Shown here: in pieces, positions 15,775 to 28,220 of the stretch
How positions within the stretch are numbered: the stretch's first letter is position 1
Layout of the letters: every line of letters starts with the position of its first letter
DNA from: Octopus vulgaris
Lineage: Eukaryota
NCBI GenBank assembly: GCA_951406725.2
Contig: OX597814.1
Coordinates: forward strand, 173,414,001 to 173,478,000
Direction: 5' to 3'
DNA: 64,000 nt
Position numbers and translations under genes: made by a program
The notes under the pieces: model-generated
What the model was told of the DNA's origin: nothing
Database searches by the model: none
What the model saw: only the letters and a program-made list of their open reading frames with translations

Positions 15775-16250
15775 TTGCATTTTTAGGGGCCTTTTGAGTG
15801 ACTGTTGTTGCTTTTAGTATTTGAGGAGTTTGTGTATATAGAATGTTGCTCATTTTCAGGTCTTGGGTGAGCAGAGGGAGATTTTGTATAATTGTGTTGC
15901 ATGCTTCATTGTTTCTGGGGTTGTGGGTAGATATGTATGAGAGTGATTTAAAGTGAGGTGTGGTGTTGTGTTTTGTTGTCCTTAGTGTGTTTGTGTCCAT
16001 TTTCTTGGCACGTTTGATTCCATGGTCTATAAGTGCGGGTGGGTAATAACGTTCAATGAGTGTTGTTTTGAGGTCTTGTAGGCAAAATTCCCAAGTGGTT
16101 GTGCCAGATACAATTGAACAGATCCTTTTTGCTAGATTGAATGGGATATTTATTTTGGTGTGTTTAGGATGGCATGAACAGAAAAGGAGATATTGTTTTG
16201 AGTCTGTTGGTTTGTAGTAGATGTCAGTTGCAATTTGGTTGTTGGATTCA
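15775..16250 (-). mobile_element. Penelope-like element RT C-terminal (thumb) fragment
   Basis: IATDIYYKPTDSKQYLLFCSCHPKHTKINIPFNLAKRICSIVS...LIERYYP..LI matches the PLE RT motif (Y.KPT...YL...S.HP). Confidence 0.85.
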
Positions 16251-16268
16251 TATATGCATGTATATAAT

Positions 16269-16312
<44 letters not shown>

Positions 16313-16392
16313 TAACACATACACATTTATTTATATATACATACATATAAGATCTTATTACATGTGTACACCTACGTCAATGCATGTATATA

Positions 16393-16436
<44 letters not shown>

Positions 16437-16932
16437 TATGTATAAATCGTATACATATTGGTGTTCTGTCTCGCAAACACTCTTCAATGTCTTATTTATT
16501 TATTTACATGACTGGATTAGAAATTGATAGCATATTTCATATTCTTTTAGTCAATTTTTTATTACCATTCTCATGTCAGTTAGGTTCACAGGAGTTAAGA
16601 TGATAGCTATAGCTTTACAAATAAACTCACAATCCGTCCACTTATCTATTCTCGCAAGTGTTACAAGATAGGGCAATATTTCTTCTCTTAGCCGTTGGTC
16701 AAAATCATATTACATCCCAACAGCAATGTGCAAATGTGAATTTGAAATGTGTTTGTGTGTCTGTATAGATGCATAGATAAAGTATGGAAGTATGTTTGTG
16801 TTTTGTCTTTTTCTTTGCATGCCTATACGTATATGAATGCGTGTGCTTGATGCAGGATTAGAGGGAAATCTGGAGGCTTCATTTTATGTGATTTTGTGTT
16901 AGTTTCACCCGATACGTACCTGAAAGTTATAT

Positions 16933-17003
<71 letters not shown>

Positions 17004-17040
17004 ATATGTACATATATATAATATGTATATATATATACAC

Positions 17041-17075
<35 letters not shown>

Positions 17076-17136
17076 ATGTATGTTATATTTATATAATATA
17101 TAATGTATATATTTATATATTCATATGTATATATAT

Positions 17137-17204
<68 letters not shown>

Positions 17205-17212
17205 CACATATA

Positions 17213-17500
17213 TATTTTAAAATTAAAAGTATATGAAAGAATGAAGTTGAACGACTAGTTAACAAATATCTCACCTCGCCCGTCGGGCGAGGTGAGATAT
17301 TTGTTAACTAGTCGTTCAACTCCATTCTTTCATATACTTGTAATTTTAAAATAAACGTACAAATTTCCGCACGAAGACACATAGTCTATGCCCTAGGGAC
17401 GTAGCTTCAACCGTGTTTTTTCTGATGTGAATTTGCTACCGAGGTATCGGTTATCTTTCGAATCATCCTTAATAAGATAATTCATTCAATTACTCAAATA
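17213..17500. mobile_element. palindromic mini-element in (TA)n: 70-bp arms with a 1-nt loop plus a ~145-bp tail
   Basis: 17213-17282 is the reverse complement of 17284-17353 (2 mismatches). The tail is similar to 44134-44280. Confidence 0.85.
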
Positions 17501-17610
17501 TACACATATATATGTATATATTCATATATATACATATTAATATATATATACATGTAATGAATAGATATATATATATTTGAATATATATATATATTCATAT
17601 ATATATTAAT

Positions 17611-19077
17611 ATGTATATATTACAAACTTCCAAGAAAACTGTAGGAAGTTGCCCTATTCATAAAGGAGGTAGCAGAGCGGAGGCCAAGAACTACAGACCT
17701 ATCTCTATCACCTCACACATCAGCAAGGTCATGGAACGAATAGTTCGAAGGAAACTAATCACCTTCCTTGAAGAAAATGACTTGCTGCCTGACACCCAAC
17801 ATGGTTTCCGACCAGGAAGAAGCTGCTTAACTCAGCTCCTACAACACTATGACTGGGTGCTGAAACAACTGCTCAACCACTCAAATGTGGAAGTCATATA
17901 TCTCGACTTTGCAAAGGCCTTCGATAAAGTCGATCATGGAATGATATGTCACAAACTGCGTGATCTTGGCATAGTTGGAAAACTGGGAGAATGGCTTCAT
18001 GACTTTCTGAAGAATAGAAGTCAGGTGGTAGCAGCCAATGGGGCCACTTCCATTAACACGCAAATAGTGAGCGGTGTTCCACAGGGCACTGTTTTGGGAC
18101 CACTACTGTTCATAATGGCCCTCTCAGACATGCCCTCAGCCACGCAGAGAGCCACGATCACAAGTTATGCAGATGATACAAAAGTTTCACAGGCAATACA
18201 GAACCCTGAAGACACTAAGCAACTGCAATGTGAGCTGGACGAAATATACAAGTGGGCTGAAAAGAATAGCATGCAGTTCAATGCTGAAAAGTTTCAAGCT
18301 TTACACTATCAGCATGCAAAACTGCAAGCAATACCCAATGAATACACTGGACCCGGAGGGATTGCAATCCCGGAGGCACAATCAGTGCGTGACCTGGGTA
18401 TTTACATGAGTGATGACGCGACCTTTCATGTACATGTTGCTAAACTGACAATGAAATGTAGACGGCTGGCTGGCTGGATTCTTAGAACCTTCAGAACAAG
18501 AGAACAAGAAACCATGATGGTCCTCTGGAAGACACTTGTCCTAAGCCACTTTGACTATTGCTCTCAGCTATGGTCACCATCCAGTGTCAAGTTGATCACA
18601 GAACTTGAGGCGATCCAACGAAGCTACACGAAGAAGATAGCCTCTGTGCAACATATGAGCTACTGGGAAAGACTCAAGAGATTAAAGCTCTATTCCCTGG
18701 AGCGTAGGCGAGAAAGATATGCCATAATATATATCTGGAAGATCCTGGAAGGTCTTGTCCCAGACTTTGGCATCGAGAGTCACACAAATGCCAGAACCGG
18801 ACGCCACTGCGTAGTACCAAGGACTCCAAATTTGCCATCAAGATGTAGGACAAGATATTGTGATAGCCTGGGCTTCAGAGGCCCACGGCTCTTCAATATC
18901 CTCCCGAAGAACCTGAGGGACCTACATGGTGTAGATGCGGATGTCTTTAAAGTAGGACTGGATCTCTTCCTGTCAGGTTTCCCGGATGAACCAACTTCAC
19001 GGCAGGAGGTGCAGATGAGGGCAGCTGCATCGAACTCTCTCATGCATCAGATGGCGTTTGCTAAAAAGCATCCGTGA
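17611..19077 (+). CDS. LINE ORF2 reverse transcriptase, partial (no endonuclease; the ATG at 17611 lies in TA-rich flank and is fortuitous)
   Basis: 488-aa ORF with non-LTR RT motifs from about residue 14 onward. Confidence 0.85.
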   Translation: MYILQTSKKTVGSCPIHKGGSRAEAKNYRPISITSHISKVMERIVRRKLITFLEENDLLPDTQHGFRPGRSCLTQLLQHYDWVLKQLLNHSNVEVIYLDFAKAFDKVDHGMICHKLRDLGIVGKLGEWLHDFLKNRSQVVAANGATSINTQIVSGVPQGTVLGPLLFIMALSDMPSATQRATITSYADDTKVSQAIQNPEDTKQLQCELDEIYKWAEKNSMQFNAEKFQALHYQHAKLQAIPNEYTGPGGIAIPEAQSVRDLGIYMSDDATFHVHVAKLTMKCRRLAGWILRTFRTREQETMMVLWKTLVLSHFDYCSQLWSPSSVKLITELEAIQRSYTKKIASVQHMSYWERLKRLKLYSLERRRERYAIIYIWKILEGLVPDFGIESHTNARTGRHCVVPRTPNLPSRCRTRYCDSLGFRGPRLFNILPKNLRDLHGVDADVFKVGLDLFLSGFPDEPTSRQEVQMRAAASNSLMHQMAFAKKHP

Positions 19078-19160
19078 GGTAAAATCGTGTAGCAAACCAA
19101 ATGGCGGTGCCCCAGCATGGCCACAGCTCATTAGCTGAAACTAGAAAAATCAAAATCAAA
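17650..19160 (+). mobile_element. 5'-truncated CR1-group LINE: RT domain, C-terminus and 3' UTR
   Basis: Open frame with YRPISITS, QHGFR.GRSC, YLDFAKAFDKV, GVPQGTVLGPLLF, YADDTK, LERRR. The 3' end has a stem-loop and a short repeat tail. Confidence 0.95.
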
Positions 19161-19443
19161 ATAATATACATATACATATATATATATATTCATATATATA
19201 TATGTATATATACATATAGATATATATATATATACATATATATATTCATATGTAAATATATGTATTCATATGTATATATATATGTTCATATGCATATATA
19301 TATTATATATATATGTATATGAAATATATATATGATATATATAATATATATATATAATATATATATGGTATATATATAATTATATAGTATATATAATTTA
19401 CATATATATGTAATATACATATAATAGGTACATATATTATATA

Positions 19444-19494
<51 letters not shown>

Positions 19495-19647
19495 GGCATG
19501 TACATGTGTGTATGTGTATAAGTATATATATATGTATGTATGTATATGTATGCATGTACATGTGTGTATGTGTATAAGCTAACATATATATATATATATA
19601 CTTTCAAGTAAGTCATATATATATTGCATATATATTGCATCTCCTGC

Positions 19648-19689
<42 letters not shown>

Positions 19690-19691
<2 letters not shown>

Positions 19692-20720
19692 CTTCTCTAT
19701 ACATCGGGCAAACTGGACGCCACTTGGCTGTCCGGTTCACAGAACACCTCCAAGACATCCGACTCGGCAATGACACGCCGATCCCGCGCCATTTCCGCTG
19801 TACCGGTCACTCTTTGGAACACCTGTCTGTGTTCGGATTGTCCTTGCACAAGGGTCATCTGGACTCCCATTTGCACCATGAACAAGGATTAATCTTCTCC
19901 CTTCTCTCCTTTGCCCCACATGGGCTCAACTCTCCTCCCCTCTCCTCTCTCCCCTCACACCTACTTCCTCACACCCACCTCTCCTCTCTTGCTCCGGCTC
20001 CTACTTCTTCTCTTCACTCCTACTCTCCTCTCTTCTCTTCACTCCTACCCACCTTCTCCCTTCCCCTTTCATCGTCACCCCTCCATCTTAACCCACCCCA
20101 TCCCTACACAAACCAACTCCACCTTCGCTATCCATTCCATCCCACCCCATCCATTACACCCACTCCCACATACCCCACCTCTACCCACTCCCACATACCC
20201 CACCTCTACCCACACCCTCAGCCTAATCCACACCACACACCCTTGCTTTCCCCACTCTCCCCTCCCCATCTCCCAACACCATCACACCACACACCACTAT
20301 ACCATGCACCACCATACCACACAACACCACATCACATCACACCACCACGCACACAGTAGCCCTGACCACTTCCCAGCCCCACATCCACACACTTACACAT
20401 ACACACATGCACACATCAAGGTCACCAGCCCTCTTCCACACGCACATACATACTCTCTTATACACACGCACGCGCACCTTCGTTTTCGAATCGCCACTAC
20501 TTTATTATCTCCTCTTCTCCCTAACTCTCCTGTGTGACCCCTCTGTCCGGTATTCACCATGATAGATCGCTAGCCACTACACATTCTTTATTTTCTATCC
20601 TTGTTTCTTTCTGTATTCTCCTCTATGGAAGACCGTAGGCTCAAAACGTTAAAGACATTTTCACTTCCCGAATGTTATACTAATACATCTGTTTGTTTTC
20701 TACACCACCGCTCTTTGTCT
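19690..20720 (+). mobile_element. Penelope-like element 3' part: GIY-YIG fragment, C-rich tract and pLTR
   Basis: LYIGQTGRHLAVRFTEHLQDIRLGNDTPIPRHF..GHS...EQGLIFSL.SFAPHGLN. The terminal 20556-20720 segment recurs at 26410-26590. Confidence 0.85.
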
Positions 20721-20772
20721 TTTACTGCCATTTCAGCCACTGGTCATTCGGACATATAAGACAGCTAAAACC

Positions 20773-20935
20773 AACCACGTGGATTCTGTTGAGACCAGTA
20801 AGAAACAATTATGAACTTTTTTATTACACTCAACTTTAAATTTACAGCTATTATGCTTACTACCCACAAAACACCACAACGTGGATTCTGTTGAGACCAG
20901 TAAGAAAACAATTATGAACTTTTTTATAACACTTA
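20773..20935 (+). repeat. two-copy direct repeat (~58 bp)
   Basis: ACGTGGATTCTGTTGAGACCAGTAAGAAACAATTATGAACTTTTT occurs twice. Confidence 0.9.
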
Positions 20936-20945
20936 AGTTTTTAAA

Positions 20946-20996
20946 ATATTTTTGATAAGGTTCGTTTTTCAAGAAGAACCGAAACATGTAAAATTT
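20946..20996 (+). ncRNA. hammerhead-like motif, U3-A8 core variant
   Basis: ATTT-TTGATAA-GGTTC..GAACC-GAAAC-AT-GTA-AAAT; helix I is weak (4 bp). Confidence 0.55.
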
Positions 20997-21086
20997 CTAA
21001 GACAATTAAAATTTATCTTATATAGTGGCGTTTTCAAACTTCTTTTTTTATAAATATATACCCACTCGTATACGATTTACACTTAT

Positions 21087-21133
<47 letters not shown>

Positions 21134-21135
<2 letters not shown>

Positions 21136-21177
21136 CGCAAGGATGGCACGTAAATTCGTGAAGCGTTCCATATATTT
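21134..21177 (+). pseudogene. U6: U6 snRNA 3'-end fragment
   Basis: TGCGCAAGGATGGCACGTAAATTCGTGAAGCGTTCCATAT versus metazoan U6 TGCGCAAGGATGACACGCAAATTCGTGAAGCGTTCCATAT (2 mismatches). Confidence 0.9.
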
Positions 21178-21180
21178 CCA

Positions 21181-21592
21181 TAGGCGTAGGATTGGCTGTG
21201 TGGTAAGTAGCTTGCTTACGAACCACATGGTTCAGGGTTCAGTCACATTGCGTGACACCTTGGGCAAGTGTCTTCTACTATAGCCTCGGATCGGCTAAAG
21301 CCTTGTGAGTGGATTTGGTAGAAAGAAACTGAAAGAAGACCGTTGTATATATGTGTATATATATATATATATGTGTGTGTGTATATGTTTGTGTGTCTGT
21401 GTTTGTTCCCACCCCTAACATCGCTTGACAACCGATGCTGGTGTGTTTACATCCCCGTAACTTAGCGGTTCGGCAAAAGAGACCGATAGAATAAGTACTA
21501 GGCTTACAAAAAATAAGCCCTAGGGTCGATTTGCTCGACTAAAGGCGGTGCTCCAGTATGGCCACAGTCACATGGCTGAAACAAGTAAAAGA
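21181..21592 (+). mobile_element. SINE family A, full length
   Basis: A-box-like TGGCTGTGTGG, B-box-like GGTTCAGTC, internal (TA/TG)n and LINE-type tail. Confidence 0.9.
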
Positions 21593-21600
21593 ATATATTT

Positions 21601-21629
<29 letters not shown>

Positions 21630-21637
<8 letters not shown>

Positions 21638-21912
21638 ATGTTACATTACTTGGTAGTCAAGATAAAACTCTGAGTTTCAGATGCCGAAGTGGAAATCCAC
21701 AACACCATCTCTTCGGTTATCTGGCTATTTTTCTGGCTATAAAAAATAGCCAGATAACCGAAGAGATGGTGTTGTGGATTTCCACTTCGGCATCTGAAAC
21801 TCAGAGTTTTATCTTGACTACCGAGTAATGTAACATATTGTATAGATAAATTTCCTCTATTAACATAATATTGAGGTCTCTTTCTTTCTTTTGTTATCTT
21901 ACCGTTTTATCA
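21630..21912. mobile_element. palindromic mini-element in (TA)n: ~100-bp arms with a 9-nt loop, hammerhead-like fold in each arm
   Basis: 21630-21732 is the reverse complement of 21742-21844 (1 mismatch seen). Confidence 0.85.
21752..21814 (+). ncRNA. type I hammerhead-like motif (CCGAAGA core); mirror copy on the minus strand in the left arm
   Basis: AGATAA-CCGAAGA-GATG..GTGGA/TCCAC..CATC-T-GAAA-CTCAGAG-TT-TTATCT; U4C change and a 1-nt offset at helix II. Confidence 0.6.
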
Positions 21913-21915
21913 ATA

Positions 21916-22100
21916 TATATATATATATATATATAGTTAATCCAAACAAGAAAACACAGAAAAAAACAGCAACGCGAGGACGTGGAACAATTAAAGTATT
22001 ATTTGACGCTCAGGAAAGAAGGGAAGGAGGGTTTAACGTTTCGAGCGGAGCTCTTCGTCGGAAACAAGGAGAAGGAAAGATCCCAAGAAGGGAAGACAGA
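21916..22100 (-). mobile_element. PLE pLTR-like element with a minimal hammerhead at 22031-22065
   Basis: Minus strand GTTT-CCGACGA-A-GAGC-TCC-GCTC-GAAAC-GTT-AAAC; the terminal part recurs at 26618-26710. Confidence 0.65.
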
Positions 22101-22479
22101 ATTGTGAAATATGTAGAACGGACGGTGTTGAATTGTTTCTTGCTGTAGCAACTTCAATTATATAACTTGGATTTGAATATGTCAAATGTCATAAGTTACA
22201 CGTACACACATATACACTTTTCATACATTTGATTACGTTGAATGCATATTGCTGTGTGTATGTTTGTGCAGATTTGTATAAGTAACCATATTACATACTA
22301 GCATGAACAATATATGTGTTCATGTGTAATTTTAAGAGAGTTCTGCTAGAAGCAATCTACTTTTCATTAGCTCTCTGTTCCATTCTACGTCACATCTCAC
22401 AGCTTTCTAGCAGACAGATTGTCCGATAGAAGTAAATCTCTAAATCTAAAACACATCAAATATGTAATGATAATAATAA

Positions 22480-22965
22480 TAATGATAAGAAGAAGAAGGA
22501 GGAGGAAGAGGAGGAGGAGAGAAGTAATAGATGAAAGAGGATAGGAAGAGAAGACGAAAGAGAAGAAGAAAAAGGAAGAGGAGGGGAAGAGGAGAGGATG
22601 AGGGGAGGTGGAAGGGAGGTGGAAGAGAGAAGAAGAAGAAGAAGAAGAAGAAGAAGAAGAAGAAGAAGAAGAAGGAGAAGAAGAGAAGAAGAAGAAAAAG
22701 AAGGAGGAGCAGGAGGTGAGAAGGGAAATGTAGAAGAAAAAGAAGAAGAAGATGAAGAAAATGAAGAAGAAAAAGAAGAAGTATATAAGATGTTGATGAG
22801 GATGACGACGACGAAGATGAAGTGGGAAGGAGGATAAAGAGGGAAGAAAGATAAAGAGGGAGAGGATAAAAGGAGAGGAGGGGAGAAAGAAGGAGAAGGA
22901 GGTGAGGAAAAAGAAGCAGGTGGTGGTGATGGAGGAGGCGGAGGAGGAGGCGGAGAGGAGAGGAA
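22480..22965. repeat. purine-rich (GAA/GGA)n low-complexity tract
   Basis: Direct reading. Confidence 0.9.
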
Positions 22966-23193
22966 GGATACTTACGTACCCCACCACCTACAGTGCTCGG
23001 AAGATGTGTAACGGTCATGGCCACAATATAATTCTCTCTTGACAGAAAGATCAAACTTAGACAAAGAGTGTTGCAGTTAACAGTTCACTTTTGACGAGTA
23101 TTAATTTGCTTAATAAAAAAATATGCAAAGGAAAATAACATAAATAATTCAATCTGATGTTTGAAGTAAACAAAATATGCAAGTTACACATAG

Positions 23194-23580
23194 ATGGGGG
23201 CATGGCAGAGTGGTTAAGGAGATCACTTTGGAGCCACCTGGTTTGGGGTTCAGTCCTACTGCGTGGCAACTTGGCAAATGTCATGTACCATAGCCTCGGG
23301 CCGATGAACGACTTGTGAGTAAATTTGGTAGGCAGAAACTGTGTAAAAGTCTGTCGTATATACATACCTGTGTGTGTATCTATGTATATATGGATGTACA
23401 TGTGTATTTGTGCTTGTGTTCGTCCACCTACCCCACTGTTAGACAACAGGTGTTGGTTACTTCATGTCCTTGTAACTCAACAGCTCGACAAAAGAGAGCA
23501 GGCATCAAAAAAATATGTACTGGGGCCAACTTGTTCAAGGCAATGCACCAGTATACCCGCCATTAGATTACTGAAACCAA
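23194..23580 (+). mobile_element. SINE family A, diverged copy
   Basis: Homologous to 23714-24140. Confidence 0.75.
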
Positions 23581-23713
23581 TATGAAACCGTCAAATTACT
23601 GAAACCAGTATGCCCGCCTTCAAATTATCGAAACAATTACCGAATAAAGAGAAATATAGACTAAAAGACGTACAAAAAAATTTTAGATTAAAATATGCCT
23701 TTTAGTTAAAGAA

Positions 23714-23884
23714 AGGCCAGGAGTGGCTGTGTGGTAAGTAGCTTGCTAACGAACCACATGGTTCCGGCTTCAGTCCCACTGCGTGGCATCTTGGGCAAGT
23801 GTCTTCTGCTATAGCCTCGGGCCGACCAATGCCTTGTGAGTGGATTTGGTAGACGGAAACTGAAAGAAGCCCGTCGTATATATG

Positions 23885-23921
<37 letters not shown>

Positions 23922-24140
23922 CTGTGTGCCTGTGTTTGTCCCCCTAGCATTGCTTGACAACCGATGCTGGTGTGTTTACGTCCCCGTCACTTAGCGGTTC
24001 GGCAAAAGAGACCGATAGAATAAGTACTGGGCTTACAAAGAATAAGTCCCGGGGCGATTTGCTCGACTAAAGGCGGTGCTCCAGCATGGCCGCAGTCAAA
24101 TGACTGAAACAAGTAAAAGTGTAAAAGAGTAAAGAGTAAA
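23714..24140 (+). mobile_element. SINE family A, full length
   Basis: tRNA-like head, internal microsatellite, LINE-type tail and (GTAAAAGA)n end. Confidence 0.9.
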
Positions 24141-24562
24141 GAAAGCAAAATACCTATCGGCATCCGGTAGTTAAACATGAAGTAAAGGGAAGATAATCTG
24201 AATAAGTTAAATAAAAAATTTAAGTGAAAATCCAGTCTCAGGATTGGTAACAAAATGAACCTGTTTCTGTATTACTGAGTCTCGTCAGCGAACAATAGAC
24301 AACAGGAACCGTCTTGATCAATAAGCATAGACTTATTTTATGGATCCTGGATGTTTTTATTTTCTTTTTAAAAAAAAGTCCATTTCGATATCATGCAAAC
24401 TCCCTATAAAGAAAATTGATAACATGCAGTTCGGATTTCATCTGATTCGACACACAACCACCTACGAGATTACACAGACATGACCAGAAGCAAACTTACC
24501 AAGGCATTCTCACACACAACAAACACATGCACATACACACACACATACATACACATATACAT

Positions 24563-24616
<54 letters not shown>

Positions 24617-24620
24617 GTAT

Positions 24621-24706
<86 letters not shown>

Positions 24707-25328
24707 TGATCATCACATAAGTAAATAACTAATAAAAAAAAATAGATGAACACATAAAGCTTTCAAGAAAATTAAAAACAATAAAAAATGGCTGAATCCC
24801 ATCCCACCTAAAGAAATATAAAAGAATAAGAAATACCACTGCAAAATCTTAACGGCAATGTTAAATTGAAATAAATTATGAAGACTATATTATTGGGTTG
24901 TAAGGAAATATTTAAATATCAGATTTATGATAGAAAACAGGAAAATAAGTTATAAGAAAATAAATATACACATATATGCATACATATATGCATTCATACA
25001 TATATACGTATATGCACACATATAAATATGCACACACACACATATACAGAAACACGCACATCTGCACAGGCATATATGTGTGCATATATGTCTGTGCATA
25101 CATACAATTATATACGCACGTATATAATACATATACATATATGATATATATACACATTCAATTATTCATCCATACATATGTATATATACACGCAACCATA
25201 TATATATATATATATTATATATTTATATATATATACATACAACACAGATACATGTGTACATAGGCACACGCATTCGTGTATATACTTAAATGTACATACG
25301 TCGTAAATACATACAAACAAATATACGT

Positions 25329-25437
<109 letters not shown>

Positions 25438-25459
25438 CATATATATATGTATGTATATG

Positions 25460-25503
<44 letters not shown>

Positions 25504-25522
25504 TATACATATATATATATAT

Positions 25523-25572
<50 letters not shown>

Positions 25573-26339
25573 AACATAATCAAAACAACAAAAGGTACGT
25601 CCGTATTTAAAAGATTACAGAATGCATGAGAGAATCAGTTTGCTTACGAATAGTTTATCGTCTGCTTCTTTTTGCTTCATTCTTTACTTCTTGTTTCCTC
25701 CAGTCTTTATTACTTGGTTGGTTTTTTTATTTATTTATTTCAGAGGGGGGGGGCGATATTTTTTTCCGTTATTCCTTAACTGCTTTTGCACACATACCAT
25801 AAATCAAGACAAAATAGTTTCTCAAATTCTATATTTCATACTCAACAAAATTATCACTTTTGGAAGCATCAAATGTTATTTTCGTAATTGACTCTGAGAC
25901 AACTGGGTACGTTTCATTAATGTTCTGACATTACAGTCATTGCACAGCCATCGTTTCTGTTGTTATTGTTGTCGTTGTAGATATTGTTGTTGTTGTTGTT
26001 AGTGGTGGTGGTGGTTCTCGTAGTCGTTATCGATGTTACTACTGAGATCGCTGTGGTGATGAGGGAGATTGTTAGTTGTGTTTGTTTTTGGGGGGTATTT
26101 TTTATTCATCATCATCATCATCATCGTTAGTTGTTGCAGTTATTGTTTTTGTTGTTCTTGTTATTCTCATTATTATCATTTTTATTATTAATATTATTAT
26201 TATCTTTATTATTACAAATACTTCTTTATGGCAGCCATTTTTTTTGTGCAATTGCCCTTTCTACTTTACGTGCTCACTTCCATTTTGTTTGATACATACG
26301 CGCAAATACACATGCATACACACACATATACATATATGC

Positions 26340-26409
<70 letters not shown>

Positions 26410-26595
26410 GCCATGATAGATCGCTAGCCGCAACACATTCTTTATTTTCTCTCCTTGTTTCTTTCTGTGTTCCTTTCCGTAGAAGAGGCTCGAAACGTTA
26501 AAGACTTTTTCACTTCCCAAACGTTATACTAATACATGTTTGTTGTCTATACCACCTGTCTTCGTCTTTCGTTGTTGTTTTTGCGAATTCTCCCT
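26410..26595 (+). mobile_element. solo PLE pLTR in (TA)n with a degenerate minimal hammerhead
   Basis: Matches 20556-20720; contains CTTT-CCGTAGA-AGAGGCTC-GAAAC-GTT-AAAG. Confidence 0.7.
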
Positions 26596-26796
26596 ATATA
26601 TATATATATATATATAAAGTTAATCCAAACATGAAAACACAAAGAGAAAACACAACAACGCGAGGACGTGGAACAAGTATAGAATTATTGGACGCTCAAG
26701 AAAGAAGGAAACCGGCATTATTAGCCTATGATTCGGGAAGGACCGCTCGTCCCTTTACATTTTTCTTTTGGGTTTTTTTCTCCATATATGTGTGTG

Positions 26797-27118
26797 AAGG
26801 CGCGCGGTTTAGTGGTTACGGTATTCGACTCACAAGCGTATGGCCGTGAATTTAGTTCCTGGCGGCGTGTTGTATCTTCGCGCAAGACATAACTATTTCG
26901 CATTGCTCCAGTCGACTTAACTGGGAAAAATGAGTAGCACTAGTATTTCAACGGACCAGCCTTGTCACACTCTATGTTGCGCTCAATCTCCCTGAGAACA
27001 ACGGTAAAGGTACGCATGTTTGTGGAATGCTCGGCCACTTGCAAGTTAATTTCACGAGCAGGCTGTTCCGTTGATCGGATCAACTGGAACACTCGTCGTC
27101 ATAACCGACAGAGTGCCA
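26797..27118 (+). mobile_element. SINE family B copy
   Basis: tRNA-like head GGCGCGCGGTTTAGTGGTTA; homologous to 6146 and 42958. Confidence 0.75.
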
Positions 27119-27314
27119 GGATGTGGATCGACGTTTGGTGGGCTGCGAGCTCCGTTCATACTAATCACACTAATATCATATTAGTTTTTGTACATTTCAA
27201 CGAACCCGAAACATCTGTACACAACAGTCGAATCGATATCACGGCATTCAAGGAATATCTGGCGATGCATAATATGCTAAGTAGTAATACAAAGACAGTT
27301 CACAGTTTCAAATT

Positions 27315-27745
27315 TTAACACAAGGCCAGCAATTTCGGGGATGGGGACTAATTGATTACATCGGCTCTAATACTTGACTGGTACTTATTTTATCAATCCC
27401 GAAGGATGAACGACAAAGTCGGCATCGGTAGAATTTGAACTCAAAACGTAAACACGGAGGAAATGCCGTTAGGCATTTGTTCCAGACGTGTTATCGTTTC
27501 TGTCAGCTCCACGCCTTACATTTCATGGTTATTTCAATTTTTTGCACATAGCCAGAAATTTTGGGAGAGGGGTAAATCGGTTACAACGATCATAATACTC
27601 AACCGGTACTTATTTTATCGACCCCAAAAGGATAAAAGGCAAAGTAGACCTCGGCGAAATTTAAACTCGAACCGTAAACGAGGACGAAATGCCTATAGAC
27701 ATGTCTTCGAGTATGCCATCGCTTCTACCAGCTCACCGCCTTACA
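27315..27745 (-). mobile_element. two adjacent SINE family C copies
   Basis: GGTACTTATTTTATC..CCCGAAGGATGAA..CAAAGTC..GAATTTGAACTC occurs twice. Confidence 0.75.
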
Positions 27746-27776
27746 CTTCATAATTTTTTAGAAGAAATTAAGTAGA

Positions 27777-27949
27777 TAGGCGCAGGAGTGGCTGTGTGGT
27801 AAATAGCTTGATTACCAACCACATGGTTCCGGGTTCATTCCTACTGCGAGGCACCTTGGGCAAGTGTCTTCACCTATAGCCTCGGGCCAACCAAAGACTT
27901 GTGAGTGGATTTGGTAGACAGAAACTGAAAGAAGCCTGTCGTATATATG

Positions 27950-28021
<72 letters not shown>

Positions 28022-28220
28022 TGTGTTTGTCCCCCCAACATCGCTTGACAACCGATGGTGGTGTGTTTACGTCCCCGTAACTTAGCGGTTCGGCAAAAGA
28101 GACCGATAGAATAAGTACTAGGCGTACAAAGAGTAAGTCCTGGAGTCGATTTGCTCGACTAAAGGCGGTGCTCCAGCATGGCCGCAGTCAAATGATTGAA
28201 ACAAATAAAAGATATAAAAG
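27777..28220 (+). mobile_element. SINE family A, full length
   Basis: As for 23714. Confidence 0.9.

Noticed and set aside
24255-24295. Minus-strand CTGACGA...GAAAC hammerhead candidate
   Set aside because: No helix I or helix II pairing could be drawn
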